Below are positions 13,258 through 27,338 of a stretch of DNA of 64,000 nt, in pieces; positions within the stretch are counted from its first letter, which is position 1; every line of letters begins with the position of its first letter. The DNA comes from Eledone cirrhosa (Eukaryota): contig OZ024746.1 of NCBI GenBank assembly GCA_964016885.1, forward strand, positions 13,206,001 through 13,270,000, read 5' to 3'. The notes below the pieces were generated by a model. That model was not told the origin of the DNA. It worked only from the letters and a program-made list of their open reading frames with translations, and did not search any database. A program made the position numbers and the translations under genes.

Positions 13258-15034
13258 ACATACTGCACATCATAATGGCAGCCTTATGGCTGCATAAGAT
13301 GTTAAAGTCTATCCCAAATCCCGGAGGCTCATCAGACTGATGTTTATCTTGGATGTATCTGCCTAACCCAAATCCCTTCATGCCAGAGTGTAAGGATTGT
13401 AACATATAACTGAATTTGGGAAGAGAAACCTTCCCTTGGCGTGGCTTGATAACTGCTGTTTCTCCTGGTTTCTCTAAATTTAGCAGAGTTTGATCAAGTA
13501 TTGGGAACCTGGAGACATATCTGTTGAGCTTGGTTATATTACTAAAACAAAAACGACAGTGGTATCTTCATAACTGCAGCAGTCTTGATATTTCCTTGTT
13601 GGTTCCTCAGACATTGTTTTAGTTGTGTCATATACATTGATACAAACCAGGAACCATCTTGCATTTATACTTTACTTCCTTGTTTTTCCCACAATTCCAG
13701 AACTTCATTCATATCCTACTCCAGAATGGCCTTTACTTTGCTATTTATGAACTTCCTTGTTGCCAGTTTGATGGGCTCATGAGATCTGGTCCTGTTTCAT
13801 TTGGAAGCAACTATGAAAGCTATCTCTGATCAGAACATCTGGTGGTCTGTGCTGCAGTTTTCCCCTTTCATTAGCCATGTAATGTGTACACAACTCTTGT
13901 CTGGCAGTTTATGATATAGTATCAGGGATATCAGTTGAGCATGGATGCATCAAAGTCAAGATGTTGTTAGTAAGGATGAGGTCCTACTTGGAGTATATAG
14001 TGAGAAGTTCCCTATTAGTGTTACACCTCCAAAATTATATTTGCCAATAACACAGAGCTCTTCTCTGATTCTTCCTCAATATGGGCATTTGAAATTGTTC
14101 CGTAATAACTCTTTCTAATATTGGCACAAGGCCAGTTATGACCCCAGTACTTGACTGGTACTAAATAAAATAATAAGTAAATACATAATAAACTTGTTTC
14201 TTTGAAGCATCCAGTACACAGCTTTTTGCAGAGTATTGTAACACTTTTTTTTGGCATCATCAGAGCAATAAACACTAAGGTGATAGAACATCTCTTTCTA
14301 ACTCATGACCAAGTCATTAATAGCAGTTGATTCCTAGTCTAATTTGGTGATAATGCTGTGTATTCCAATCCCCCCAAAAGTTGTACACTATTTCATCTTG
14401 CAATAAACAGCTATATCAACATCTTATATTTTCAGTTTTCAATACAATGAGTGTGGTGTGCCTCTCTGATCTATTTGTCTTTCATTTTTTTACAGAATCT
14501 CTTGAGTTCTCTGCCCATCTAGGGTGTTGCTAAGGATTACCTAGTTAGTATTGGATAACCACTAATTCTCCTGAGTTTATTTGCCCTTCTTAACAGAGCT
14601 TATTTTTTGTCCCACATCTCAATCCTCTTCAGAGACCCCAAAATTGCTTCAAGAAGATTCAAGCATGTGGTCCAATAATTTATACATTTCACTTATTTCA
14701 GTGAATAACAAAATAATTCATTTCCCTCAACAAGTTTTCCCTTTTCACCTCTCTATATGTTGCCATAGTTTATTTGGGTTTTTAATCCTTGACAAATGTG
14801 ATTCCTCAGTCTGTGATAATATCTTTTAATTAACTCTCATATTCTGCATATTCCACTCACAAAGATTAGCGTCTCATTCTCACAGTCAAACAGTATATAT
14901 TTTAAGCAAGTGTTTTACATCTCAGCCCTTTCATTACCATATTTCTAATGAAATACACTCCCTATATGTTACGATTAATTTGGAAAATAATTTAAAAAAA
15001 GATTTAGATGACTTCAATAAAATACCCAAGTTTT

Positions 15035-15278
15035 TCAATGGTGTGCAGGAGAGGCAGTTGAGTTGGTATGGACATGTGATGCGTATGAAGGATGACAGCT
15101 GCATAAAAAGGTGCAGAGCACTAGAAGTCGATGGAAACTGCAGAGTGGGGAGACCTAAGAAAACCTGGGATGAGGTGATAAAAGCCGACCATACCCAATT
15201 ACACCTCTCAACCCGTCTAACCCATGCTAGCGTGGAGGAACGGACGTAAAACGGTGATGATGATGATGGTGATGATGA
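15035..15278 (+). mobile_element. RTE LINE 3' end with (GAT)n tail
   Basis: QLSWYGHVMRM...GRPKKTWDEVI motif. Confidence 0.8.
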
Positions 15279-15789
15279 TATTCAGAACATTACTTAACAG
15301 ACATTTTCTAAAATAAAATTATGCTGGAAAGTTTTAATATAAGGACAAATATTTTAAAAAGAGCAGTTTTGTATCATAAATCCGGGTTGATTTTAGGTAG
15401 GATGGTATCAAAACAGTTAAAATTTAAAAATTCAGGACACCAAAATGTTTTTAACATAAATATACTTCCATATGCCTAAGGGATTGGGTGGGAGGGTTAA
15501 TTTAACCTCTCAATATTAAATTAGAATTAAGTATATTACTAAATTTATATGCTAATAAAATACTTTACATAACATGTAAAACTTAAAATATTAATCTACC
15601 TCCGTTGTAATATTATTCATGTTAGTATTATTATGACAAAACAACGTCAATAATTGTCGCTATAGAAATTAACTGCAACTTTTTCGATTATTTCCCTTTA
15701 TCTAAAACTTTTTTTTTTTAAGCTCAATATTTTCAGTATAATTATTTCCTCCACCATAACAATAAAGCTTACAAGATTCTTCTTCTCCG

Positions 15790-16225
15790 ACTTATTGCTG
15801 AGAGGATCGTGGTGGGCAGAGTCCATAAACACTCCTTCCAGTGGGTCCTGTCAGAAGCAGCCGTCTCCAACGGATCCAGTTGAATCCCCAAGCGTGACCA
15901 GCCAAGCTCATGGATGTTATCCAATCATCTTGCTTTGGGTCTACCCCTGGGTCTCCTGCTGGTTGGTTTTGCCCGTAAAATCTGTCCAGCAATTCTTTCT
16001 TAGACATTCTGACCAAATGCCCATAGTTTCGGAGCTGTGATCTCTCAATTCAGAGGAGTAGCGGCTCTACCTGGAGTGACTGTCTCATCTCTGAGCTACG
16101 CACTCTATTGAATAACGTTACTCCAAAGACCCATCGGAGGAACATTTCAACTGCTTGTATTTGCGATCGTATTCTTTTGGTCATTATCTAAGATTCATGA
16201 TTATAGGTAAGGGTTGGCACAAGAT
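15790..16225 (-). mobile_element. RTE LINE 3' fragment
   Basis: Same family as 21340-21520 (RPRGRP..RWLD..-type end), in opposite orientation. Confidence 0.7.
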
Positions 16226-16649
16226 TATTCACATCACCTTTTATTTTATAAATACGGTATATGAATATAAATACAGTTTCTATTAATTTTATTTTTTGTT
16301 ACAGCTAAAAGTTTATAAATGTGCTAAAATTGCAGACAAAATAATGAGAAAAAATATGTGATTTGAAAGTTCCACTGGGAAGTTCTGGAGAGGGAATATA
16401 GGACAACTTTTGTGTCCATCCCAAGTCTCTCAGGAAAGGTCACAGGCCCATTATTAGTCATTTTGGTATTAGATGGAAACCGCAATATATTCTTTGAGCA
16501 AGCCTCTCTACCTAATGCCCTTTATGATACACAAAGGACAAAGCAATGATTCCTTTTATTGAATCTGACAATACTGCACTTTTTGATGGTCTTATTTGCA
16601 CCAGTCACCAATTTGGTAATTTTTTAGGACCCACGTTAGATATCGTCAT

Positions 16650-17138
16650 CATTTTTACAACCACTTTTCCACACTTGCATGGGTTGGAAGGGTCCTTCTC
16701 AGCACACCATTTCTCCACACATCGCGATCCTTTAACATCTCTGTGAGTCTCGGTGATTTGCAGTCAGCTCTCACCACCTCTGTCCAGGTCTTCCTTGGTC
16801 TACCTCTACCACGACTTTTTTCCACTGGCATTTCCTGTCACTTCTTCACCCAATGATCATTGTCCATGAGCATCACATGTCCAAACCAACACAGTCTTCT
16901 CTCCTGCACACATATATTACACAAATATGTAGAGATGAGATTTTAGGTAGAATATAGACTCACTGTAAATGAGGTTGGTGTTAGGAAGGGCATCCAGCTG
17001 TAGAAATCAAGCCAGATCAGTTCCTGTATGAGCAAGGCATGGTCAGCCGACCAGACACTGCCCACAACAGGACAACCCGTCTAACCCATGCTAGCGTGGA
17101 AGAACGGACGTAAAACGGTGATGATGATGATGATGATG
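16650..17138. mobile_element. RTE fragment (minus strand) plus a (GAT)n-tailed SINE (plus strand, about 16960-17138)
   Basis: LCWFGHV / GRPRKTW motif on the minus strand. SINE body is near-identical to 38621-38810. Confidence 0.7.
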
Positions 17139-17255
17139 ATAGAAATCCTTTACTTTGCTTCCATGTTATAAAGTAACCATCTTAACTTTTCAGGTTTAGA
17201 AAAGTTGTTACAAACAGAAAGGGACAGTTAAGAAAGAGATATTAAAATAACAAAC

Positions 17256-17399
17256 CTTCTGTTTTATATTTCATGTATGTGGTCTTGTTTTCCATCATGG
17301 CATCAACTGCAAGTTTTTCATAGTACATAGCTGTGATGATAGCAATGGTTGGTTGTTGGTTGGCAGCAATTGTTGGCATCTGTTTTACAAGTTGAACTT
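17256..17399 (-). CDS. Coding exon (144 nt)
   Basis: tag/gtttg boundaries, phase 1-1. Reads (E)VQLVKQMPTIAANQQPTIAIITAMYYEKLAVDAMMENKTTYMKYKTE(G). IAIITAM..E..AV matches the first strand/helix of Pfs-like domains. Confidence 0.88.
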
Positions 17400-18660
17400 C
17401 TACAATAGACCATTTAGACACAACGTGAGAATTAACAGCAAACATTGGACTTAGTTTGAGAGAAACTTTACTCTTGAGATTCACGGTAGATATCAGACAA
17501 ATACAGTTTAAACTTATTACAACTACTGATAGCTTGGATATGTGGGTATTTAGTGTCTGTATATGTGTGTGTGATTTGTTTGGATCAAATAGTAGTGATT
17601 GGGATTTTAGGACAATATTTTAATTCTAATGTGATGTTGATATGTATAAGTGTTTGAGGTAGTCAGACGTGCAGTTAGTTGCAGTAGGCTGCAATCAGGA
17701 ACTGTAATCCTCACATTTTGAAGTGAGTCTTTTCAGTATTTCTGTTACTCTTTGTTGTCTAAAAGAATTTATCTTAGATGTGTAATATACATAATAAAAT
17801 GAAGAGAGTTATTTTCTCAAGTTTGAAAGTAATGGGAAGAGAGAGGACTGACATAGTTAACGAAGGACATTATATATTATTTGAATACAAATACAGCAGT
17901 CCATTTGTTTTGTATCAATTCCAATTTATTAATGACTGCAGTATTGTGTATTTATATTTTTATAGGCAGGTAAGAAAGGCTGATATCAATGATAATAGGG
18001 GTTTTGGAATAGTAAATACTTAGATTGAGAAAAATCAAAAGATAAAATGATGGTTGGGTGTAGAGCTTGGGAAAAGTCTTGTAAAGGTGGGGATTGTTAA
18101 AATCTAAAATTAACTGTTTAAAGATTTTTGAGAGAGAGTGTAGAATGCTGGAATTTTCTGTTTGAAAAATCTAATTATCTTGCCTTGTTTCCTTATCTAG
18201 GAGGTCTAGTAGTTTTTGTGAAAGTGAGAATTTGTGGCCCATCTCTAAGAAAAAATACATTATTTACATGAAATTTCATACTTTTATCTTGTGTGTAGCC
18301 TCAAAAAACTGGTATTGTATTGTGTTTATTATTGATGATATATCAAAATGTTACGTTGAGGTGGGTTTACAATATGTAGTGCTATGTGGCCAATATTGAA
18401 ATATTTATGATATTCGATTTTGTAAAAAGGGATTTAGCATTTTCTAAGTTACTTTTATTTGTTTTTATTTAAACTCCTTTAATCAATGTGTATTTGTGTA
18501 TTGTATTTGAATAGCTATTTTTAATGTGTAATTAGAGTTGTATATTTTCAAGTTGCTTTTAATAAAATCATTGATTTACAGAAATAAATATCTTACAAGT
18601 GGAAAAAAATAACAAGTAGAAATAATAGAAAACTGTAAAAATATATAATGAAAATCGAAC

Positions 18661-18779
18661 CTGATTTTTCATCTAATACGTGTCTCATGAATCCACCCTG
18701 CTCCATTTCTGTCACCAAATTACGTACATTGAGTTCTTTCAGTTGTTCACGAACCATTACTTCATCAGCAGCAGTGATT
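18661..18779 (-). CDS. Coding exon (119 nt), winged-helix-like region
   Basis: tag/gttcg boundaries, phase 2-1. Reads (R)ITAADEVMVREQLKELNVRKLVTEMEQGGFMRHVLDEKS(E). Confidence 0.85.
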
Positions 18780-20683
18780 CTAGAAATTAAAGAATTAATA
18801 TTTTATTACTTCAGGACAAGACCACATTTTTAGGAGGTAGGGATTAACTCCAAGTGTATGATAGCTTCTTGTCTTATTGACCCCAGAGGGATGAAAGACT
18901 AACAGGATTTGAACTCAAAACAAATACAGTTGAAACTATTTGCCAGCATATTACCATTTCTGATTTGCTCCTGCCCTCTATACAAATAACAGGGAATAAT
19001 ATATTTATTCAATATTTCACCGTTAACCCTTTCAATACCAAACTACCTGGATGTATGAGGCAAAACTACTAATTTATACGATGAGGAGACTAATGATAAT
19101 GAGGAATGTAACAAAAATAACTTAGTTTTCTTGAATTACAGAAACAAACAAGTTTTGTTTTAGAGTGGATACTTCTGAATTAATTGCCCCCCCCCCCCCC
19201 CCATAATACAGGTGCTTTTAAAACTTACTAAAAAAAAGGGCTGAGAGGACCCTTCAGTTGTATAAAGAGCACAACAACCTCCCTAGTACTGGTGCCACAG
19301 TAAAATGCACCAATGCACCAGGGCACTCTGTTAAGTGTAGGAATATATGTGAGCAAGATGCAGGCCATTGGCCCACCTGTGAGGACAGTGGCTCCAATTG
19401 AGTGCTGATTTAGTGCTTGTCAACATGTCTAATGCTAGCATGGAAAAGTGGACTTATGATAATGATGATGATGATATACATGAAGTGTTTATATTTTGTT
19501 TGCAAGGATGAAAATTTCATTACAAATGCAAACATATTTATATGTAAAAAGAAAATTGAGCCATTCAAGAACCTCCTCCAGGAGCAGTAGGAGCTGTGAC
19601 ATGCTAGTAGAGTAGCTGAATAATGCAGACATCTTGAAGAAACCCAGTCTGGTGATTATTGCAGAAGTAGCAGCTACTTTGTATAAAATCAACAGTGATA
19701 TGGTGAAATACAATATTAAAAAGTGTGGGATAAACAATGTGATAGAGGAGGATATATTGTGGCAATAGCCAGATTAAACAAGACCTAGTGGTTAAGAGTG
19801 TTGCACCCACAATCATGTTATGAGTTCAATTCCTGGACTGGGCATCGTATCATGTTCTTGAGCAAGACATTTCATTTATCATTGCTTTTCATGATAGAAC
19901 TGGCACCCTATAATTAAAAACCCCCTAAAACCCTCTCATGAGATGTAACCCTATAGGAGGCCAGTTAAATCTATAGAGGTGTGAGCTGTGTGTGATAAAT
20001 AAGTTGCTGAGGACTCAGAAAACAAATAAGATGATCCTGATGCTGATTTTATGACAGCTGAACAGACACAGTAATTATTTGAAGAGCTTCATGAAAAAGA
20101 TTTCTATGATTTTGACTCACTTGAATGAATTACTTAACCTGTTTTTCTCATGTTTTTCAATAATTAACCCTTTTGATACCAAACTGCCTGAAACCTTCTC
20201 TGGTTTTACAATACAAAACTTTGTTTGAAATATATATATTAATCTAAAAACTTTAATTTTATGTAAGAAAATATCATTATGCCGAAAACCCCAGCCTTAT
20301 TGTTTTCAAAATTATTTGAAAGTCAAAGGCAGTGTCTTTCATTAGAAATATCCTTTATTATAGTTTAGATGGTAACAAAGGAGTTAAATAAAATTTGACA
20401 TTGAGCCACAGTTTGTGATTTGGAGCTTGACGTATATTAGAGTTGTCCGATTACTTGGATTTTTGTCTCATATTTGTATTTTGATCTTAACTGGCTTCAC
20501 AATCATCGTCATTTTTATGTACATTTTTCCATTATAGCATGGCTTTGGATGGGATATGTGACAATGTTTTACAGCTGGATACCCTTCTTGATGCCAACCC
20601 TTTTAGTCCCCTCTTACAGAGATATGGTGCATTTATTCTAAAAACAGCGATATAAATATTTATGGTACAATGTAGAAACTCAC

Positions 20684-20792
20684 CGACAGATATCTTCTAC
20701 TGCTAAAATGTTGGGATATGCAGATTCCAATATATGTAACATCTTTTCACGGAGAATTTCATCCTTTGGACGATTGTCAATTTTAGGTAAAC
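20684..20792 (-). CDS. Coding exon (109 nt), winged-helix-like region
   Basis: tag/gtgag boundaries, phase 1-2. Reads (G)LPKIDNRPKDEILREKMLHILESAYPNILAVEDIC(R). Confidence 0.85.
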
Positions 20793-20918
20793 CTAAAAAT
20801 AAAATTTTCATTGATAAAAATAATATCAAATGGACTATAGAAAGTAGTTTCATCTGTTTAAAAAATCTGAAATTAATTTTAAAATTAAGAAACAATTATA
20901 AGAACAGTTTTATTTATA

Positions 20919-22552
20919 TAGTGTGTCCGAAAATTATCTGTACAAGTTCGGTCTGTTGTTAATCACAATATAAACATTTATGTGTTGTGTCAGTTTACAA
21001 AGAAACTTATTAAGTTGTTTTTTTATATATATACAAAGATTTTTTGTTTGTACTAACACTTTGTACCAAGTTTTACAATTTCCTTTTTCCCATATGCATC
21101 ATTTCCACATGTGGTTAGAATGTCTCAGAAAAGAATTGCCGGACATATTAGAAGGAAGACGTAGTACAGGAAGGTCACGAAAAACATGGGCAGAGGTGGT
21201 GAGAGCAGACCTCAGATCGCTGGAGCTCACGGTGGAGATGACGAAGGACCGTGATAAGTGGAGAGATGCTGTGCTGAATAGGACCTGTCCCACCCTTGCA
21301 AGTAGGGAAATGCGGACGTAAAATGATGATGATGATTTTACAGGCAAACCCAACCAACAAGACACCCAGGGGTAGACCCCAAGCAAGATGGTTAGATAAC
21401 ATCCATGAGCTTGGCTGGTCTCACTTGGAGATCCAACTGGATCAGTTGGAGATGGTTGCTTTTGAGAGGACCCACTGGAAGGAGTGTTTGAGGATTCTTC
21501 CCCCGACCCCAACTATCTCAGGAATAAGTGGGCTTAGAAGAAAACATGCATCAATCCAAAATGTATGCACAGGAAAACTTACAATGGGTTGAATGATTTA
21601 TGGAAACCAAATCAGACACACAAGTGGAACAAACAACTGAACTCCTCTATCAAGAACAATTATACAAACTTGGTATAAAGAGGTTTAGGAAACTGGAAGT
21701 GTATATAGCATAAGAATGGAGCAAAGCAGCCTCAAGTATCTGTAGAAAATGTCAAGCACATTCAAGAGGCTTTTGATTGTAGTTCACACATGTCAGCAAG
21801 ACGTGCATACAGTGTATGAGCATTGTGTAAATTTTTGAAATTTGCATCTCATTGTAACAGATTATGCAAGAAAATAAGGTCGTGCAGAAGGAATTTGAAA
21901 TGATTATACTTGATAGAGTCAACCAATGATTTTCTGACCAGAATCTTGTTTTCTGACGAAGAAACATTTCGTGTCTCAGGAAAGGTCAACAAAGAAAATG
22001 TGCAAATATGAGGTCCACAAAATCTACAGAATACATTAAAAACAGTTACTAAGTTAATGTGCAGTGTCACCTGTTACCTAATTATATGACTGGACCATTC
22101 TTCTTCAGTGAATCAACTGTGACATCCAATACCTACATGGACATGTTGCAACACTTTGTCCAACTACAACTGGGAAAACTGCAACCATGCATCATTTGTC
22201 AGCATTATGACACACTGCCACATTGGACCCTGAGTATTTGTATGTCCCTGAATGATCTCTTGACATCACACTCTGTGATTTCTTTGATTTGTCCAAGATC
22301 TTGTAATACATGGGTAATAGGCATTGATGATTCAAAAGCAAGATTCATAGCTGCTATTGAATGAATTGTTGTGGGTTACAACATACATGACAGTATTTGG
22401 AGTATCAATTGGATGTTTTCTGAATCACTCATCACATAAATATATTGTTACTTTAACAAAATACAGATTCTAGCAAAAAATTTTTATTAATCCTATGCCA
22501 TCATAAATTTTATTCAAGAATGAAGTTGTACAGATAATTTACAGACATCCAG
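20919..22552 (+). mobile_element. Degenerate Tc1/mariner element (rosa/DD41D-like) with nested RTE fragments at about 21100-21545
   Basis: TIR cores AAATTATCTGTACAA / TTGTACAGATAATTT. Remnants include LVFSDEETF..SGKVNKEN and GPFFFSESTVTSNTYMDMLQHFV. Confidence 0.8.
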
Positions 22553-23157
22553 TATATTTCTATAAGAAATGGAAAAAATATTTATTTCAATAATTTATTA
22601 AATTTTATCAATATAATGTTACATTGAAGATATAAAAAAAAAAACACATTAAATATTTACACGCTAACAATATTTTTTTGGTCCAATTTGTAAAGTACAT
22701 TGTCTGTAAAATGTTATTATGAAGAGAAAAAAATTGATTTAATCTTTGAATACTTGTGATATTCTTGACATTTAAGTTTATAACACAATTATTCTTAAAA
22801 GAAATTATTATTATTATCATTATTATTAAATAAATGAAATCATTATATTTTATCATATATAATTTGGTTAAACATGAAAATCTGCAGGAAATATTCATAT
22901 CAAAATATATACTGACCTCATTCAGAAAATGTACCTTGCAGACAGTAAATGTTTTAAGAAAACATGTAATTGAACACACATGCACATACACACATTATCT
23001 CTCTCACACACACAATAGCTTGGAATAGAATGGATTCTATTAGATTGACTTAGTCTAAATGAAGAGTCTTAATCATTCTGGTACTAAACTGCCTGAATCT
23101 GCCCCTGGTTCTATGATATAAATCCATCTGTTTTAAAGTGTTCATATTTAAATTTAA

Positions 23158-23365
23158 CCCCTTAGCGTTTAAACCGGCTGTATCCGGCCAGAATTCTCTC
23201 GCCCCTTTCCATTCAAGCCGGCCATAACAGGCCACTCATACTGATGTTAAGGTATTGTTCTCAAAATAAATAACAGCAAAATCTCATAGATTCGATATTA
23301 TGTGAGATAAAGCTTTTACTGTGAAAATACAATAGTAAATATAGAGTAATGTAAATGCTAAAGGG
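23158..23365. mobile_element. TTAA-flanked MITE nested in an older related element
   Basis: ttaaCCC...AAAGGGttaa ends. Reverse-complement match to 3450-3671. Confidence 0.75.
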
Positions 23366-25869
23366 TTAAACTCTTAGTTATTATTTAAACACTATCTTAA
23401 TAATAAAAACATTAGTTATATTACTAAATCACAACAAATTCTTTATTATTTTCAAAATTAACTGGCACTGTATTTTATTAGAAATATGATAAAGAAAGGG
23501 TTAAGACTTAAGTTCAAATGTAAAATTTAGAGAACATATTTTGACATCTTTTGATACCAAACTACCTGAAACCATCCTTGGTTTTATGATACTAAGCCAT
23601 TTGTTTTAAAGTGTTTATATTTATTCAATAAACCTCCAATGGAAGTTTTATGTAAGAACTTTTGTTAAGTTATGACTCAAACATCAGTTTGATAATGGCG
23701 TCTAAGTTATATTACAAAATCTCTCAAAATTCCTGAGTATTTAAAAAAAATTAATTGCAGATCCTTGCCTCTTTCATTCAAAATATAGTAACAAAAGGGT
23801 TAAAATTTCATATTGACCCTATTTCTTTCCTTATTTTCTGTAAAATAGTTTTAATACGTATGACATAAAGACAACTTGACATTATTCTCATACTAATACA
23901 TTAAATTACTTTGGGAAATCCCTTCCCCCCAATGTTATTTTAAAATAAATTGAATGACAAAGATTTCTGAAGAGAAAACAATAATGCTGACTCATGCACA
24001 GACAACAGAGAACATCATCTGCCAAACAACAAAGAAATAAAACAAATATAAAGATTTAAAACATAACACACATTTAATGAATAACAATCATTAAATGTAA
24101 TTGAGAAAGAAAATCAACAACAATCATGCATAATAAACAAAAATTGTGAATATCAAAATTTATCTTTTTCTCTTTCCTTTACACCCTGTCTACCATATAT
24201 TTGTTGGTGTGTACATTTATATATAGAAGGGACTAGTGACTGACATTAATCTAACCAAGTATAACAAGGTACTTATTGACCTGAAACTCCTGATGGAGTT
24301 GTAATGGTGTTGTGATATAATAGCGTTTCTTGGACACATTAAACCCGGCAGAGTCCATCCGCCTCTCCAGGGGGTGGGGGATTTAGAGTGAAAATCAACA
24401 CCAGTAATGGACTTATACTTTTATTTCATCAACAATTGATTGAAAAAGATTGAAAAACAAAGTTGACCTTGGTGGGATTTGAACTCAGCTAACCAAAACA
24501 AATACCACAAAGCCTTCTATCTGCCATTCTAATGACTCTGCCAATTTACCACCTATGAGCGTATAAGGTGTTAACACCTAAGTCATTATTATAAATACTT
24601 TGTACATTGATTTCAAGTTTCTATTGTTTAACATATATTGTAGTTTCCAACAAAACATATAACAGCTTGCCTCTAATGAACTATCTGGAAATACAATATT
24701 GGTTTATACAATCTCCTGAGATTTCTTTCTCATCCACTTAATGTTATCTGGAGATATATATTGATTTTATGAAATAAAAGATAAGTCATGTGAAATATTC
24801 AACTAATTATCTTTCTACATTCATGATTATAATGCATCACATTACTCAAACCTAGCTACATTTTTATAGATAAAAAATGTTATTTGGCAATGGCAATATA
24901 ATACAGGGAAATATAACAATATATTAAAGACTGGCTGCAGAATGTGTAGAGTGAATTACTTTGTTGAACAGTATAATACAATACTTATGACAATATTTTT
25001 ATCTTTTGCCTACATAATAATCATTAAAAAAAAGCACTAAAAAGTATTTGCTATCATATTAAAGGAGTTATAATATCTATTACATAAAAAACTAAAAAAG
25101 ATTTAGCTGTGCAGTGTATATATTAAATGTATCCAATATATTAAATGGGTATTTCAACAAAAGACTTAACATTTTAGTTTAACAAACAAAAAAGCTATTT
25201 TTGTTGAATTTCTTGAATGATATTATAAAACAACATTAAAATGATATTTGATAGCAATGAAGACCTGAATAAAACTACAGAAGGGTTTATACATTTAATT
25301 GTTTCTACTTTAGGCACAAGGCCAGCAATCACCCAGTGCATTACTGGTACTTTATTTTATCGACCCCGTAAGGATGAAAGGCAAAGTTAACCTCGGCGGG
25401 ATTTGAACTCAGATCATAAAGGGACGTAACTATGCTGGAAAGGTTTATACATTTAATGTCGATATAAAAGCCATCAATATTATATTCTAAAAAGAGAGTA
25501 TGAAAAAAAAAAATTATAAAAGCAGGAGTATCTTTTTTTTTAGAATATAATTTTACATTACTCACTGATCAATCAAAGTTGAACAATTTAAGTACTCCAA
25601 GAAGGCAAGTGGAAAATCTTCAAGTAGTCATTACAAGGATTGAATTTTAAATGTTTTATTCTAAATATAACTTCTAAAACAACACAGCAGGATTTTAATT
25701 TTATATATCTTATTATAGCAAGTATGTTTAATTCTTCTAACAGACATTCATATCTACATAATGATTAAGAGGTTAATTAATAGCCTAATAGTAGTTCATT
25801 ATATCAAATTACAGGGTAACTTTCTTATTTGTTTTTTTTAATTTAATTTTTCAGATAAATAATGTCAAA

Positions 25870-26160
25870 TATTAAGTCAGCAAATGAAAAGGCACGATGT
25901 AATTGTTGCCTTAAAAGCACAGCAAAGTGACACAGCAATAGCTTCCTTCTTGAAACTTGCCCGATCTTTCATCGTCAAAGTTAAAAAGGATTTGGAAGCT
26001 GCTGACAAGGTTCCAATGTCAGCAGCCAAGCGCAAAACGCAAGCACAAGGTCCTAACACAATCAGAATGCCTAAGTTTGTAAAAAAAAAAGAAATTTTTT
26101 TAATGAATCGATAAAATCCCAGGAAAGTCAATTAGAGCCATTGCAAAAGACCCTAGAAAT
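25870..26160 (+). mobile_element. Transposase N-terminal fragment (maT-like)
   Basis: MKRHDVIVALKAQQSDTAIASFLKL...IRMPKFV...PRKS resembles the N-terminus of the 1750-3044 element. Confidence 0.6.
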
Positions 26161-27323
26161 ACTGCAAGACTGTCAGATGCTCTAATGTTTACACAATTCC
26201 TCCTCCTTAGACTGGTTCTATATTTAATGATTTTTTAAAGTATGAAGGGCAAAACTAACCTCACCTTGTGAAACTACTACACTACTATTGCTGCCACTAC
26301 CATCATTACTCACAAGGTAATGGTCAACCTAAGGCTTAGGTAGAAGACACTTGTTAGGGGAATTCATTAAAATAATATTTAAGGCAAGAATGTCTTGAAG
26401 GATTGAGCATATATATGCAAATTGATATATAATATGACTAATGCATATTGAAATGTAAACTATTCAAATAAACAAGAAAATATTTAAAAGACAAAGAAAT
26501 GTTTTAGAAAATCCACCAACTTTTAACAATAAAGATGGATCTACAACACAAAATAAAATCCACAGACGTATATGAATGAAAGATTTGGTAACTTAAGCAA
26601 CCCAAATAACCTTATGGAAAATAAGAATATTAATTTTCACAAATACATCTAGCTATTAATATTTATTCTAAAAAAAAACTGACATGTTTTTTTTTTATAA
26701 GAAATCCTGAAGCAACACAATTGCCTTATACTTCTTTAGAAAAACTGTAGTATTTCCTTCAAATAATACATTCAAAATAAAATACCCTATAAATTTCCAG
26801 AGACGTAGTGTGAGGAAATAGATATAGAATAATATTTTGAAAAATAAATTTTTAAAAGAACAATATTTGTCAGTATGGCTACTCATGTAAATAAGGCATT
26901 CAGGACATTAAATAGTGAACTAAATAGATAAATAAATATAAATATTCATTGTTACAGGGACAACATCAACATGCAACAATACCATAGAATAACAGACAAC
27001 TAGAATATTTAACCAGTTGCAACTTTTCAGATTTAAATATACAAATCAGACAATACTGAATTTATGTCAACCCTGGTCCTGTTAATTACTTATTTATACT
27101 TAATATATATGAAATCAGCATTATGCCGACAATATCTTGTCATCTTGTCACACCATGTATGTAACTGTGAGACCATGTATGTAACTGTGAGACCACCAGG
27201 CCAGATATTTTTTTTTTAAATGACAGGAGCAGGGTTAAACACACACACAACAGCAAGAACAAATGTCAGGAATAGAAATGGAAAAAGTAATAATGATAAA
27301 TACAGCATGCATGGGTTACTTAC

Positions 27324-27338
27324 CGTCTACAGTCATTC
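27324..27338 (-). CDS. 15-nt microexon (G)MTVD(G), containing an in-frame ATG
   Basis: catgcag|GAATGACTGTAGACG|gtaagt. Phase 1-1 and in frame with the 20684-20792 exon. Confidence 0.7.

Noticed and set aside
17560-18590. Possible Penelope-like remnant on the minus strand
   Set aside because: Too decayed to support with a clear motif by eye.
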